Part shown: positions 1 through 8,211 of the stretch, piece by piece
Layout of the letters: every line of letters starts with the position of its first letter
Numbering within the stretch: position 1 is the first letter of the stretch
NCBI GenBank assembly: GCA_041686025.1
Contig: JAWLEP010000050.1
Location: 1-16,657 of the forward strand
Length of the DNA: 16,657 nt
DNA from: Candidatus Fermentibacteraceae bacterium
GTDB lineage: Bacteria > Fermentibacterota > Fermentibacteria > Fermentibacterales > JCC-6
Reading direction: 5' to 3'
Position numbers and translations under genes: made by a program
The notes under the pieces: model-generated
Seen by the model: the letters and a program-made list of their open reading frames with translations, nothing else
Database searches by the model: none
What the model was told of the DNA's origin: nothing

Positions 1-497
1 GGGGTGCGGGGGAAGCCGTACCTGTGCCGGAACATGGGGTAGACGCTGCTGTCGTAGCCGTAGCCGCGGGCGGAGAGCTCCCTCAGGGCCCAGGTGGTCT
101 CCGGGACGATGGTGAAGCTGGGTGCCCTGTATCCCCGCGGCGACGGAAGGCCCGCGGCCCGGAAGACCTCCTCCGCCCGGTGGAGGTCGTGGGCGAAGCT
201 GCTGCGGTCCTGGAACGTTATCTCCCCGTGGGCGTAGCCGTGCGAGGCTACCTCGTGCCCCTCCTGCAGGACCCTGTCCGCCAGGGCCGGCATCCTCTCC
301 ACTATCCAGCCCAGGAAGAAGAATGTGGCCCGGCAGCCGAAGCGCGAGAGCGTGGAGAGGAGGTAGTCCATGGGCTCCTCCAGCCGGCTCTCCATCTCGT
401 TCCATTGCCCCGGCGGATAGGCGTGGCCGGCGGCCTGTGTCTGGAACCACTCCTCCACGTCGAAGGAGAAGGCGGCCTCTGGCCGTCTCTCTACCAT
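1..497 (-). CDS. Polysaccharide deacetylase (CE4/NodB type, DUF3473/PEP-CTERM-locus-like); 3' end lies outside the window
   Basis: Not in the ORF track; translated by hand from ATG at 497: MVERRPEAAFSFDVEEWFQ...ATFFFLGWIVERMPAL...GHEVASHGYAH...GYRAPSFTI...WAL...GYGYDSSVYP...RYG. These are the CE4 motifs of this subfamily. Overlaps the upstream gene stop (491-493) by 7 nt. Confidence 0.9.
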   Translation of the reverse strand, partial: MVERRPEAAFSFDVEEWFQTQAAGHAYPPGQWNEMESRLEEPMDYLLSTLSRFGCRATFFFLGWIVERMPALADRVLQEGHEVASHGYAHGEITFQDRSSFAHDLHRAEEVFRAAGLPSPRGYRAPSFTIVPETTWALRELSARGYGYDSSVYPMFRHRYGFPRT

Positions 498-1270
498 ATT
501 CTGCCGCCGCGCCTGCGGAACTCCATCACGTCCCGGCGCTCGGGGAAGGTGTTGGTGGTGGCCTTCTCGGGGTCGTTGGGAATGAGCTCTATCTCCCCCG
601 ACTCCATGATGTCCACCGCGTGGATCAGCAGCTCGGCCGCCGTCTCCTTGCCCCTGGCGATGAGCTGGTGGAGGGAGGTGTCGGAGATCCTGGCGGGGAT
701 GGGCTTCTGAAGGAGAATGGGGCCCGCATCCAGCTGCTCGTTCATCCTGTGCAGCGTAACACCCGTCTTTCCCCGGTCCTCGTACAGGGTCCAGAAGGAG
801 GGCAGCATGCCCCTGTTCTCCGGCAGCAGCGAGGTATGGATGTTGTAGACGCCGAGCCTGGGTATTTCCAGGGTCCGGGACTTCAGTATCTGCGGACAGG
901 CTATGGAGAAGAAGACGTCGGGCTTCAGGTTGCGCAGTATCTTCCTTCCGGACTTGGAGTTGATGCTCTCCAGGGTCAGGTACCTGACAGAGGTTCTGGC
1001 TGCCGCCTGCCGCAGGGAGTGCGGCTTGGGGGTGGGCAGATGGATGGTGGCGGCCAATTTCAGGGCCAGGAACTGGATGGCCCGCAGGGGGAAGCCCAGG
1101 GGGCCGTAGAGGCCGAGGTAGCGCTTGAAGTTGGTTCCCAGCTTGCTGAAGGAGCCGTGGCCGGGCACGGAGATCACCGTGTAGTCGTGGTGGGGCCTGG
1201 CCTTCATCACCGTGTAGACGGTCCCGGGTATGTGGAATGGCTCGTCGTCGCAGAGAAATGAGATCCTCAT
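491..1270 (-). CDS. Fmt-like formyltransferase (N-terminal domain only), probable sugar/glycan N-formyltransferase, 259 aa
   Basis: Motifs YNIHTSLLPENRG (N-x-H-x-SLLP) and TGVTLH...LDAGPI. Start reassigned to ATG 1270 (MRISFLCDD), an ATGA overlap with the glycosyltransferase stop. Lacks the tRNA-binding C-terminal domain of true Fmt. Confidence 0.85.
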   Translation of the reverse strand: MRISFLCDDEPFHIPGTVYTVMKARPHHDYTVISVPGHGSFSKLGTNFKRYLGLYGPLGFPLRAIQFLALKLAATIHLPTPKPHSLRQAAARTSVRYLTLESINSKSGRKILRNLKPDVFFSIACPQILKSRTLEIPRLGVYNIHTSLLPENRGMLPSFWTLYEDRGKTGVTLHRMNEQLDAGPILLQKPIPARISDTSLHQLIARGKETAAELLIHAVDIMESGEIELIPNDPEKATTNTFPERRDVMEFRRRGGRIW

Positions 1271-2430
1271 CGTGTCTCCAGAAGCTCGAGGTACAGACGG
1301 TGCAGCCTCTCCACCATGGCGGAGGCGCTGAAGGGCTCCAGGCTGCTGTCCACGTCCTCCAACAGCGACCGCCTGAGTACGGGGCTGTCGATGAGCCGAA
1401 CCGTTGCGGAAGCCAGGCAGGCGGCGTCGTCCGGGGGACAGCTGAGACCGTGACGGCGGGAGTCCAGGAGCTCGCCCACTCCCCCCACCTTGGTGGCCAC
1501 GGCGGGAACGCCGGCGGCCAGGGCCTCCAGAAGCGCCCGGGGAAGGCCCTCGTGCCGCGAGGTCAGCAGGAAGACGTCCAGGCCCGGCAGGAGCATATGA
1601 ACATCGGACCGGCTTCCCAGCATGCGGAAGGAGCCCTCCAGGCCGCGGCTGGCTATCCAGCCCTCCATGGCCGGCATCAGCGGACCGTCCCCGACGATGA
1701 CAAAGACCGTGTCCGGCCTCTGCCGCACGACCCTCTCCGCCACCTCCACCATCAGGTCGGGAGCCTTCTGGGCGCATATGCGCATCGTCGAGCCCACCAC
1801 CGGGACGTCATGGGGGAGGTCCATCAGCTCCCTGGCCCGGGAGCGCATGCCCCTGCTCTCCCGGAAGGGGCCGAACTCGACCCCGCTGCGGATCAGCAGG
1901 AACTCCCCGCTGTCGGCGATGCCCGCCCGCTGGGCCTTCTCGGCGTCTCTGGGCGTGACCACGATGCTGGCGTCGGCCCGGCCGAAGCAGGCCTTCTCGA
2001 AGGTCCTGTAGGCCAGGCCGAGAATCGGAGACTGCCCCCGGTAGAAGGGCCAGCCGTGGGCCGTCTGCACCACCTTTACCCCCGGCATCCTCCGGCAGGC
2101 CAGCCGGGCCAGAACCCTGGTCTTGGCGCTGTGAGTGTGGACTATGCCGCACCCGCTGTCCCGGATCGCCCGGCGGAGCTCGCGCAGGGCCAGCAGATCC
2201 GCCACCGGCGAGATCTCCCTCCTCAGGTGCGGAGCTACAGATACCGGTACTCCCCATTCCCGGGCGAGGCCCATCAGGTTTCCCTCGGAGGGCATGTCGG
2301 GGCCGCTGACCACGGCCGAGGACAGCCCGCGGTCGGCGGACTCCCGGCAGGTGATCAGTGTGTTCATCTGGGCGCCGCCCACCGCCATCTTGGTGATGGC
2401 GTGGAGGATGTCGACCCGGGGGGGCGTCAT
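1267..2430 (-). CDS. Glycosyltransferase family 4 (GT-B), 387 aa
   Basis: Motifs GGAQ, VHTHSAK, TAHGW, QKAPD, VGDGP and SRHEGLPRALLEALAAGVPAVATKVGG (E-x7-E). Start reassigned to ATG 2430, a TGATG overlap with the upstream gene. Confidence 0.92.
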   Translation of the reverse strand: MTPPRVDILHAITKMAVGGAQMNTLITCRESADRGLSSAVVSGPDMPSEGNLMGLAREWGVPVSVAPHLRREISPVADLLALRELRRAIRDSGCGIVHTHSAKTRVLARLACRRMPGVKVVQTAHGWPFYRGQSPILGLAYRTFEKACFGRADASIVVTPRDAEKAQRAGIADSGEFLLIRSGVEFGPFRESRGMRSRARELMDLPHDVPVVGSTMRICAQKAPDLMVEVAERVVRQRPDTVFVIVGDGPLMPAMEGWIASRGLEGSFRMLGSRSDVHMLLPGLDVFLLTSRHEGLPRALLEALAAGVPAVATKVGGVGELLDSRRHGLSCPPDDAACLASATVRLIDSPVLRRSLLEDVDSSLEPFSASAMVERLHRLYLELLETR

Positions 2431-2963
2431 CAACCGCTCTTCCCTTCCCCGGCGGCCTCCCCGTCTTCCCGGCACCAGAGAGCGTAGAGGTAGAAGAGCA
2501 GAAGCAGCAGCGACAGCCCCGAGTAGAAGAGGGGACTGAGAAGCAGGCAGCCGGTGGCCCAGAACGCCGCCACCGCAGGCCCCGTGCGGGCCAGGTGCCG
2601 TCCCACCGTCCACTCCGGGTCCCGGGGGTAGGACTTGTAGAGCCTGAAAAGGTCTTCCACCACGCTGAAGACCACCACGGAGACGGCCACCATCAGCAGG
2701 TGCAGGTATATGCCTCCCGGCAACTTGCGGCTGGAGAACAGGGCCAGGGCCGCGGTGGCCGCGGGCATGGCGACCAGCCCCGCCAGCAGCACGGTGAAGC
2801 CGCGGCTGAGGACCTCGTCGCTGCTGAGGGCCGAGCCCGCCTCTCTCTTGGCAGACTCCAGCCTGCTCAGGTAGCGGCCGGTGAGGGTGCGGGCCAGCCT
2901 GAAAAGGCCCCAGAGGACGGCTATGACAACGGCCACGTACAGGTAGTCAACTAGCCTTTCCAT
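2430..2963 (-). CDS. Hypothetical integral membrane protein, 177 aa (about 4-5 TM helices)
   Basis: Several hydrophobic stretches, GGAGAGG RBS before the ATG, and stop coupled to the GT start. No family recognised. Confidence 0.75.
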   Translation of the reverse strand: MERLVDYLYVAVVIAVLWGLFRLARTLTGRYLSRLESAKREAGSALSSDEVLSRGFTVLLAGLVAMPAATAALALFSSRKLPGGIYLHLLMVAVSVVVFSVVEDLFRLYKSYPRDPEWTVGRHLARTGPAVAAFWATGCLLLSPLFYSGLSLLLLLFYLYALWCREDGEAAGEGKSG

Positions 2964-3004
2964 GGACCTCTCCGGCAGGGGAAGCGGTATTCGAGCACCC
3001 GCGG

Positions 3005-3033
3005 ATTATGCCCAATGCAGCCGGGGAAGACAA
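3005..3033 (-). promoter_or_regulatory. Candidate sigma70 promoter for the glycan-modification operon
   Basis: Minus strand TTGTCT (3033-3028), 17 nt spacer, CATAAT (3010-3005), in the only intergenic gap upstream of the four overlapping genes. Confidence 0.5.
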
Positions 3034-3045
3034 GAAGCGGCGCGC

Positions 3046-3594
3046 CTAGGACCGCTTCGGAGACCGCAGCTGGTATACGATGCCGGCAACCGCGGCAGCC
3101 ACCGTTGCCAGGGATGCCGCCGTGCTGCCCACCCCCACCCCCGCCCAGGCCAGCAGGGATATGCCTCCCAGCACCGCCATCCTGGACCCGGCGATGCAGG
3201 ACAGGACCACGATGACGATCCGCCGGCTGGCCAGAAGAAGGCCCCCGGAGAGAAGGGCCACCGCCGCCCTGGCCAGCAGCGCCGACTCCGGGGCCAGCTC
3301 GGCGCAGAGAAACCAGCCCAGAACTACGCCGCCCAGGAAGATGGAGACCTTCAGCAGCAGACCCGAGACCACTGCCATCACCAGTCCCAGGGCCAGGGGC
3401 GCCCACCGTACGACGTCCGGGGAGTCGGTGAGCTCCGCGGCCAGGGGGCCGCCGTACATCCAGCCCACCATGAATCCGGCCAGGGCCACCATGGCCCAGA
3501 ACAGCCTGCGCCCCCAGAGCAGGAGCGCCAGTCCCGCCAGCAGCAGGAACAGGGGTCCGAATGTCAGCTCCGCCTGGACTATCCAGTCAAGCAT
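3046..3594 (-). CDS. Multi-pass membrane protein, DUF4203/TM198-like, 182 aa
   Basis: Pattern GLALLLWGRRLFW...LAGFMVG...IFLGGVVLG...SCIAGS resembles DUF4203. Almost entirely hydrophobic; overlaps the HAD stop. Confidence 0.65.
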   Translation of the reverse strand: MLDWIVQAELTFGPLFLLLAGLALLLWGRRLFWAMVALAGFMVGWMYGGPLAAELTDSPDVVRWAPLALGLVMAVVSGLLLKVSIFLGGVVLGWFLCAELAPESALLARAAVALLSGGLLLASRRIVIVVLSCIAGSRMAVLGGISLLAWAGVGVGSTAASLATVAAAVAGIVYQLRSPKRS

Positions 3595-4288
3595 CTCCGT
3601 CGTGCCTCCGTTCGGTCAGGGCCCGGGACAGTGGAGCCAGCCCCTCCAGGTGCAGCATGGCGGGGGCCCCGTGGGAGCGGTTCTGGGGGTTGAGGACCCG
3701 GACCACGGGGAAGCCTCCGGCAAGGGCGGCCCTTATCCCCTTGACGCTGTCCTCCACCACCAGGCAGCGGGCGGGCTCCGCCTCCAGAAGCTCCGACGCC
3801 CTCAGGAATATGTCCGGGGCAGGTTTCCTGTTAAGTCCTTCTCCACCAACAAGAAGCGGCGGCAAAGGAGCCTCTGCCCTCCTCAGAACCTCCTCCACCA
3901 GCCGGCTGTCCGTGTTGGAGGCTATGGCCCATCCCCGCAGGCCGCAGCCGCCCTCCTCAAGAAGCCCCAGCAGCTCGCGGGCCCCGCGGGCCAGGGGCAC
4001 CAGGCCCTGCCGGCAGTAGCCGGCGTAGGCCTCCCGCTGCATGGCCCGGAGCCGTTCCCGCCGGGCCTCGGAAAGCTCCAGGCCGCTTCGGGACAGCTCA
4101 CCCTCCAGGCCCTCCCCCAGGCTGGACCAGTGCAGCCAGTAGTCCTCCTCGGAGACGCGGTGTCCCACCGAGGAGAGGGCGTGGTTCCAGCTGCGGCGGA
4201 AGAGGGGCTCGCTGTCGGCCACCACCCCGTCGAAATCCAGTATCAGATGGGTGGCGCCGGAAAGCAGCGCGGTCAGGCCATTGGTCAT
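3587..4288 (-). CDS. HAD-IA family phosphatase (beta-PGM/CbbY-like), 233 aa
   Basis: Motif I LDFDGVVADSE, motif II IASNT, motif III KPAPDIF, motif IV VEDSVKGIRAA. Start ATG 4288 has a GGAGG RBS. Confidence 0.88.
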   Translation of the reverse strand: MTNGLTALLSGATHLILDFDGVVADSEPLFRRSWNHALSSVGHRVSEEDYWLHWSSLGEGLEGELSRSGLELSEARRERLRAMQREAYAGYCRQGLVPLARGARELLGLLEEGGCGLRGWAIASNTDSRLVEEVLRRAEAPLPPLLVGGEGLNRKPAPDIFLRASELLEAEPARCLVVEDSVKGIRAALAGGFPVVRVLNPQNRSHGAPAMLHLEGLAPLSRALTERRHDGDA

Positions 4289-4307
4289 AGCACCTCCATG
4301 GTTCCCG

Positions 4308-4379
4308 AGTACCCTGGTACTATGTACCGCCGCCGCACATAATAGCAATCCAGCCAATGGACGTGCGGGCGCGCCCGCA
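4308..4379. promoter_or_regulatory. Divergent promoter region with candidate extended -10 elements and palindromes
   Basis: Plus strand TGgTACTAT (4315-4323) and CATAAT (4338-4343); minus strand TGcTATTAT (4347-4339). Palindromes AGTACC-ct-GGTACT (4308-4321), GGTAC-tat-GTACC (4316-4328) and TGCGGGCGCGCCCGCA (4364-4379). Confidence 0.4.
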
Positions 4380-4399
4380 GCGCCTTCAGCCGGGAAGGA

Positions 4400-5308
4400 G
4401 TGGATTTGTACAGCAGCTTTGCAGAGATACGCGAGGCCGCCAGGGTCACCGCCGACGCCAGGGTGGCCATACCCATGGGCCATGACGAAGCCTCCATCCG
4501 CGCCCTCATGGACGCCGCCGAGCGGGGTCTGGCCTCGTCGGTGGTGGTGGGGCCGGTCTCCCTGGTGGAGAGCACCCTGTCCGGAATGGACCGGCCGCTG
4601 CCGGATGACATAGAGCTGGTGGACAGCCCCGACGAGACCGCCGCCGCCATGGAGGCCGTGAGGCTGGTCAGCTCCGGGGAGGCTACGGTGCTGATGAAGG
4701 GAATGCTTCAGACCTCCACCTTCCTGAAGGCCGTGCTGGACAGGGAGGTGGGGCTGCGTTCGGGAGGCATACTCAGCCACGTGGCCGTGGTGCACGTCCC
4801 CCTTCAGGACCGCCTGGTGGCCATAACCGACGGAGGCATGAACATCCGTCCCGGCCTGGACGAGCTGGTGGAGATAGCGAAGAACGGTGCCTCTGTGGTG
4901 CGCGCCCTGGGCGCCGACCGGGCCCGGGTGGCCCTGCTGGCGGCCAAGGAGGTGGTCAGCGAGAAGATGCCGGAGACCGTCCTCTTCGGGAAGCTGGTCG
5001 AGAGGGGCATCGAGGGCATGGACGTCTGCGGCCCCATAGCCGTGGACGGGGCCATGGACCCGGAGGCGGCGGAGATCAAGGGCATGGAGGGGCCGGTTCC
5101 CGGCAGGGCCAACGTGCTGGTGACCCCCGACATAGCCTGCGGCAACATCTTCGCCAAGGGCTTCATGTACATGACCGCGGCGGAGGTGGGGGGGCTCATA
5201 GCCGGGGCCGCGGCGCCGGTGGTGATGCTCTCCCGGTCCGACAAGCCCGCCACCAAGGTGAACTCCCTGGCCCTGGGCGTGGTGGTCGGTGGAGGGAGCG
5301 TCTCATGA
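4400..5308 (+). CDS. ptb: Phosphate butyryltransferase / phosphate acyltransferase (PTA_PTB)
   Basis: Motifs LMKGMLQTSTFLKAVL, LSHVAV, TDGGMNIRP, PDIACGNIFAK, LSRSD; ATGA overlap with buk. The real start may be TTG 4406, which is better spaced from AAGGAG. Confidence 0.9.
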   Translation: MDLYSSFAEIREAARVTADARVAIPMGHDEASIRALMDAAERGLASSVVVGPVSLVESTLSGMDRPLPDDIELVDSPDETAAAMEAVRLVSSGEATVLMKGMLQTSTFLKAVLDREVGLRSGGILSHVAVVHVPLQDRLVAITDGGMNIRPGLDELVEIAKNGASVVRALGADRARVALLAAKEVVSEKMPETVLFGKLVERGIEGMDVCGPIAVDGAMDPEAAEIKGMEGPVPGRANVLVTPDIACGNIFAKGFMYMTAAEVGGLIAGAAAPVVMLSRSDKPATKVNSLALGVVVGGGSVS

Positions 5309-6384
5309 GCGACGGCAGGCTGATCCTGGCGGTGAACCCCGGGGGCACATCCACCAAGCTCGGCGTGTACCGGGAGACCGAGGAGCTGTTCGAGGAGAAC
5401 GTAAGGCACCTGCCGGAGGAGCTGGCGGAGCTGGAAACCACCCTCGACCAGCTTCCCCTGCGCCGTGACGTGGTGCTGCAGGCCCTGGCGGAGCACGATC
5501 TCACCGTTGCCGCGATGTCGGCTGTGGTGGGCCGGGGGGGGACCTTCAAACCCCTCTCCAGCGGGACCTACCCCGTGAACGACAGGCTGCTCGAAGACAT
5601 ACGCGACGGCTCCACGCTGCAGGCGGACCATCCCTCCAACCTGGGAGCCCCGCTGGCCAGGTCCCTGGGGGAGACGGCCGACGTCCCCGCCTTCTTCGTG
5701 GACCCGGTGTGCGTGGACGAGTTCATCCCAGAGGCCAGGCTCTCCGGCCACCCGCGGCTTCCCCGGGTGAGCCTGAGCCATGCCCTGAACATCCGCATGG
5801 TGGCCTACAAGACCGCCGAGAGCCTGGGGGTGCCGCTGGACAGGCTGAACCTGGTGGTGCTCCACCTGGGCAGCGGCATCTCGGTGAATGCCATACGCCG
5901 GGGCAGGATGATAGACACCAACAACGCCAACGACGGCGGCCCCTTCAGCTCCCAGAGGGTGGGTACCCTTCCCACGACCGGCCTCATAAAGCTCTGCCTC
6001 TCGGGGGAGTACGACTGGCCGCAGCTGAAGAGGATGTTCCTCAAGGAAGGGGGCCTCTACGCCTACACCGGCACCGACCACGTGGGAGAGGCCATAGACA
6101 GAATGCGCGAGGGCGACGGGGAGGTGGGCGTGGTCCTGCGGGCCATGGCCTACCAGATGGCCAAGGAGGCCGGAGCAATGGCCGCGGCCCTGTCCGGAGA
6201 CGTGGACCGGGTGGTAGTAACCGGCGGGATGGCCCACAACCAGTGGCTGGTGGAGAGGCTTCGGGAGAGGCTCTCCTTCCTGGCCGAGCTTTCGGTCTTC
6301 CCCGGCGAGTGCGAGCTGGAGGCGCTGGTGCGCGGCGTCCTCCGGGTCTTCGACGGAGTGGAGGAGGTAAAGGAATACGCCTGA
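5305..6384 (+). CDS. buk: Butyrate kinase (branched-chain carboxylic acid kinase)
   Basis: Motifs VNPGGTSTK, VGRGG, HPSNLG, VDPVCVDE, HALN, HLGSGISV, GPFS, TGGMA, PGECE. Confidence 0.93.
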   Translation: MSDGRLILAVNPGGTSTKLGVYRETEELFEENVRHLPEELAELETTLDQLPLRRDVVLQALAEHDLTVAAMSAVVGRGGTFKPLSSGTYPVNDRLLEDIRDGSTLQADHPSNLGAPLARSLGETADVPAFFVDPVCVDEFIPEARLSGHPRLPRVSLSHALNIRMVAYKTAESLGVPLDRLNLVVLHLGSGISVNAIRRGRMIDTNNANDGGPFSSQRVGTLPTTGLIKLCLSGEYDWPQLKRMFLKEGGLYAYTGTDHVGEAIDRMREGDGEVGVVLRAMAYQMAKEAGAMAAALSGDVDRVVVTGGMAHNQWLVERLRERLSFLAELSVFPGECELEALVRGVLRVFDGVEEVKEYA

Positions 6385-6419
6385 TCCCCGCCGCGGAAGC
6401 GTAACCTACACGAAAGGCA

Positions 6420-8210
6420 ATGATGAGCAGAAAGCTTAACGAGACCGATTCCGGAGTGCTCTTTCTCTCCGGCAACGAGGCGGTGGCCCGGGGCGCCTGG
6501 GAGAGCGGGGTGCACTTCGCGGCCGCCTATCCCGGGACCCCCTCCACCGAGATTCTGGAGGCCATAGGAGAGGAGTACCCGGAGATAGACGCCCAGTGGG
6601 CGCCCAACGAGAAGGTGGGAATGGAGACCATCGCCGGGGCCTCCTTCGGCGGGGCCCGGGTGCTCACGGCCATGAAGCACGTGGGCCTGAACGTGGCCGC
6701 CGACCCCCTGTTCACCCTCAGCTACATAGGCTCCACCGGGGGGATCGTGATCGTGTCTGCCGACGACCCCGGCATGCACTCCTCCCAGAACGAGCAGGAC
6801 AACCGGCTGATGGCCAGGGCCTCCAAGGTGGCCATGCTGGAGCCCTCCGACAGCCAGGAGGCCAAGGACATGGTGGGAGAGGCGCTGCGGATCTCCGAGG
6901 AGTTCGACACGCCCGTGATGCTGCGTCTCACCACCAGGATAAGCCACTCCAAGAGCCTGGTGCAGGCCGGCCCCCGCACGGAGGTGGAGGTAAAGGGCTA
7001 CCAGCCCGACATCGCCAAGCGGGTGCCCATACCGGCCAACGCCCGCAAGATGCACTCCCGGGTGGAGAAGCGGCTCCTGGCGCTGGAGAAGTACGGGGCG
7101 GAGAGCCCCCTCAACCGCATCGAGGAGGGCGATAGGTCGCTGGGCATCATCACCAGCGGCATCTCCTACCAGTACGTGAAGGAGACCTTCCCGGAGGCTT
7201 CCTTGCTCAAGCTGGGGATGACCAACCCCCTGCCGTGGAAGCTTATAGAGAAGTTTGTGGGGATGGTGGACCGGGTGATGGTGTGCGAGGAGAACGAGCC
7301 ATACCTGGAGGAGAGGATTCGGGCCCGGCTGCTGGTGGACGTCACCGGCAAGGACCGGGTGCCCATCGAGGGAGAGCTGAGCCCCGAGCTGGTCAGAGGC
7401 GCCCTGGACCCCGACGCGGACACCTCTCTGGCCTACGGGGAGCTGGAGCTGCCGGCCCGGCCGCCGGCCCTCTGCCCGGGCTGTCCGCACCGGGGAGCCT
7501 TCTACTGCCTCAGCAAGCTGAAGGGCAGCTCCACCGGGGACATCGGCTGCTACACGCTGGGTCTGATGCCCCCGCACAGCGCCCTGGAGACCACGGTCTG
7601 CATGGGGGCGGCCATAGGCGTCCTCAGCGGCATAGAGAAGGCAACGGGCCGGGAGGAGATGAAGAGGCTGGTGGCCGCCATCGGCGAGTCCACCTTCGTC
7701 CATTCCGGCATCACGGGCCTGATCGACATGGTCTACAACGGCAACACCGGCACTGTGATGATCATGGACAACAGCGTCACCGCCATGACCGGCGGCCAGG
7801 AGAACCCCACCACGGGAAAGAGCCTCCGTGGCGAGCCGGCCCCCAGGCTGGACCTGAAGGAGCTGTGCCGCGCCTGCGGTGTGAAGAACGTCCGGGTGGT
7901 GGACCCGCACGACCTCGAGGAGATGGAGAAGGTGCTGCGGGAGGAGCGGGCGCGTGAGGAGCTGTCGGTGATCATCACCCGCAGGCCCTGCATAATGACC
8001 TACCGCCCGAAGCGCCGGGCGGTGGCGGAGCTGGACCCGGACACCTGCGTGAGCTGCCGGATGTGCATGAACCTGGGCTGCCCGGCCATAAGCTGGGACG
8101 GGGAGGAGGGCCATCCGCGGATAAACTCCATGCTATGCTGGCCCAACTGCAACCTCTGCGTGCAGGTATGTCCCACCGGGGCCCTTTCCAAGGACATGGG
8201 GGAGAGCTGA
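6420..8210 (+). CDS. iorA: Indolepyruvate:ferredoxin oxidoreductase alpha subunit
   Basis: Motifs GNEAVARG, YPGTPSTEI, NEKV, MKHVGLNVAADP, DDPGMHSSQNEQD, RPPALCPGCPHR, GDIGCY, DNSVTAMTGGQ, plus two C-terminal 4Fe-4S motifs. Confidence 0.95.
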   Translation: MMSRKLNETDSGVLFLSGNEAVARGAWESGVHFAAAYPGTPSTEILEAIGEEYPEIDAQWAPNEKVGMETIAGASFGGARVLTAMKHVGLNVAADPLFTLSYIGSTGGIVIVSADDPGMHSSQNEQDNRLMARASKVAMLEPSDSQEAKDMVGEALRISEEFDTPVMLRLTTRISHSKSLVQAGPRTEVEVKGYQPDIAKRVPIPANARKMHSRVEKRLLALEKYGAESPLNRIEEGDRSLGIITSGISYQYVKETFPEASLLKLGMTNPLPWKLIEKFVGMVDRVMVCEENEPYLEERIRARLLVDVTGKDRVPIEGELSPELVRGALDPDADTSLAYGELELPARPPALCPGCPHRGAFYCLSKLKGSSTGDIGCYTLGLMPPHSALETTVCMGAAIGVLSGIEKATGREEMKRLVAAIGESTFVHSGITGLIDMVYNGNTGTVMIMDNSVTAMTGGQENPTTGKSLRGEPAPRLDLKELCRACGVKNVRVVDPHDLEEMEKVLREERAREELSVIITRRPCIMTYRPKRRAVAELDPDTCVSCRMCMNLGCPAISWDGEEGHPRINSMLCWPNCNLCVQVCPTGALSKDMGES

Positions 8211-8211
8211 C

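Noticed and set aside
491..1270. Calling the formyltransferase fmt or purN
   Set aside because: It lacks the Fmt C-terminal domain and N-terminal FMGTP motif and the PurN SGxGSN motif, and it sits in a glycan operon.
1271..1777. Apparent long N-terminal extension or fusion on the formyltransferase; similar extensions on the HAD (to 4795), nnr (to 12598), SSB paralog (to 15917) and rpsF (to 16654) ORFs
   Set aside because: These are open frames overlapping upstream genes or leaders. Internal starts with an RBS or stop/start coupling fit the family N-termini.
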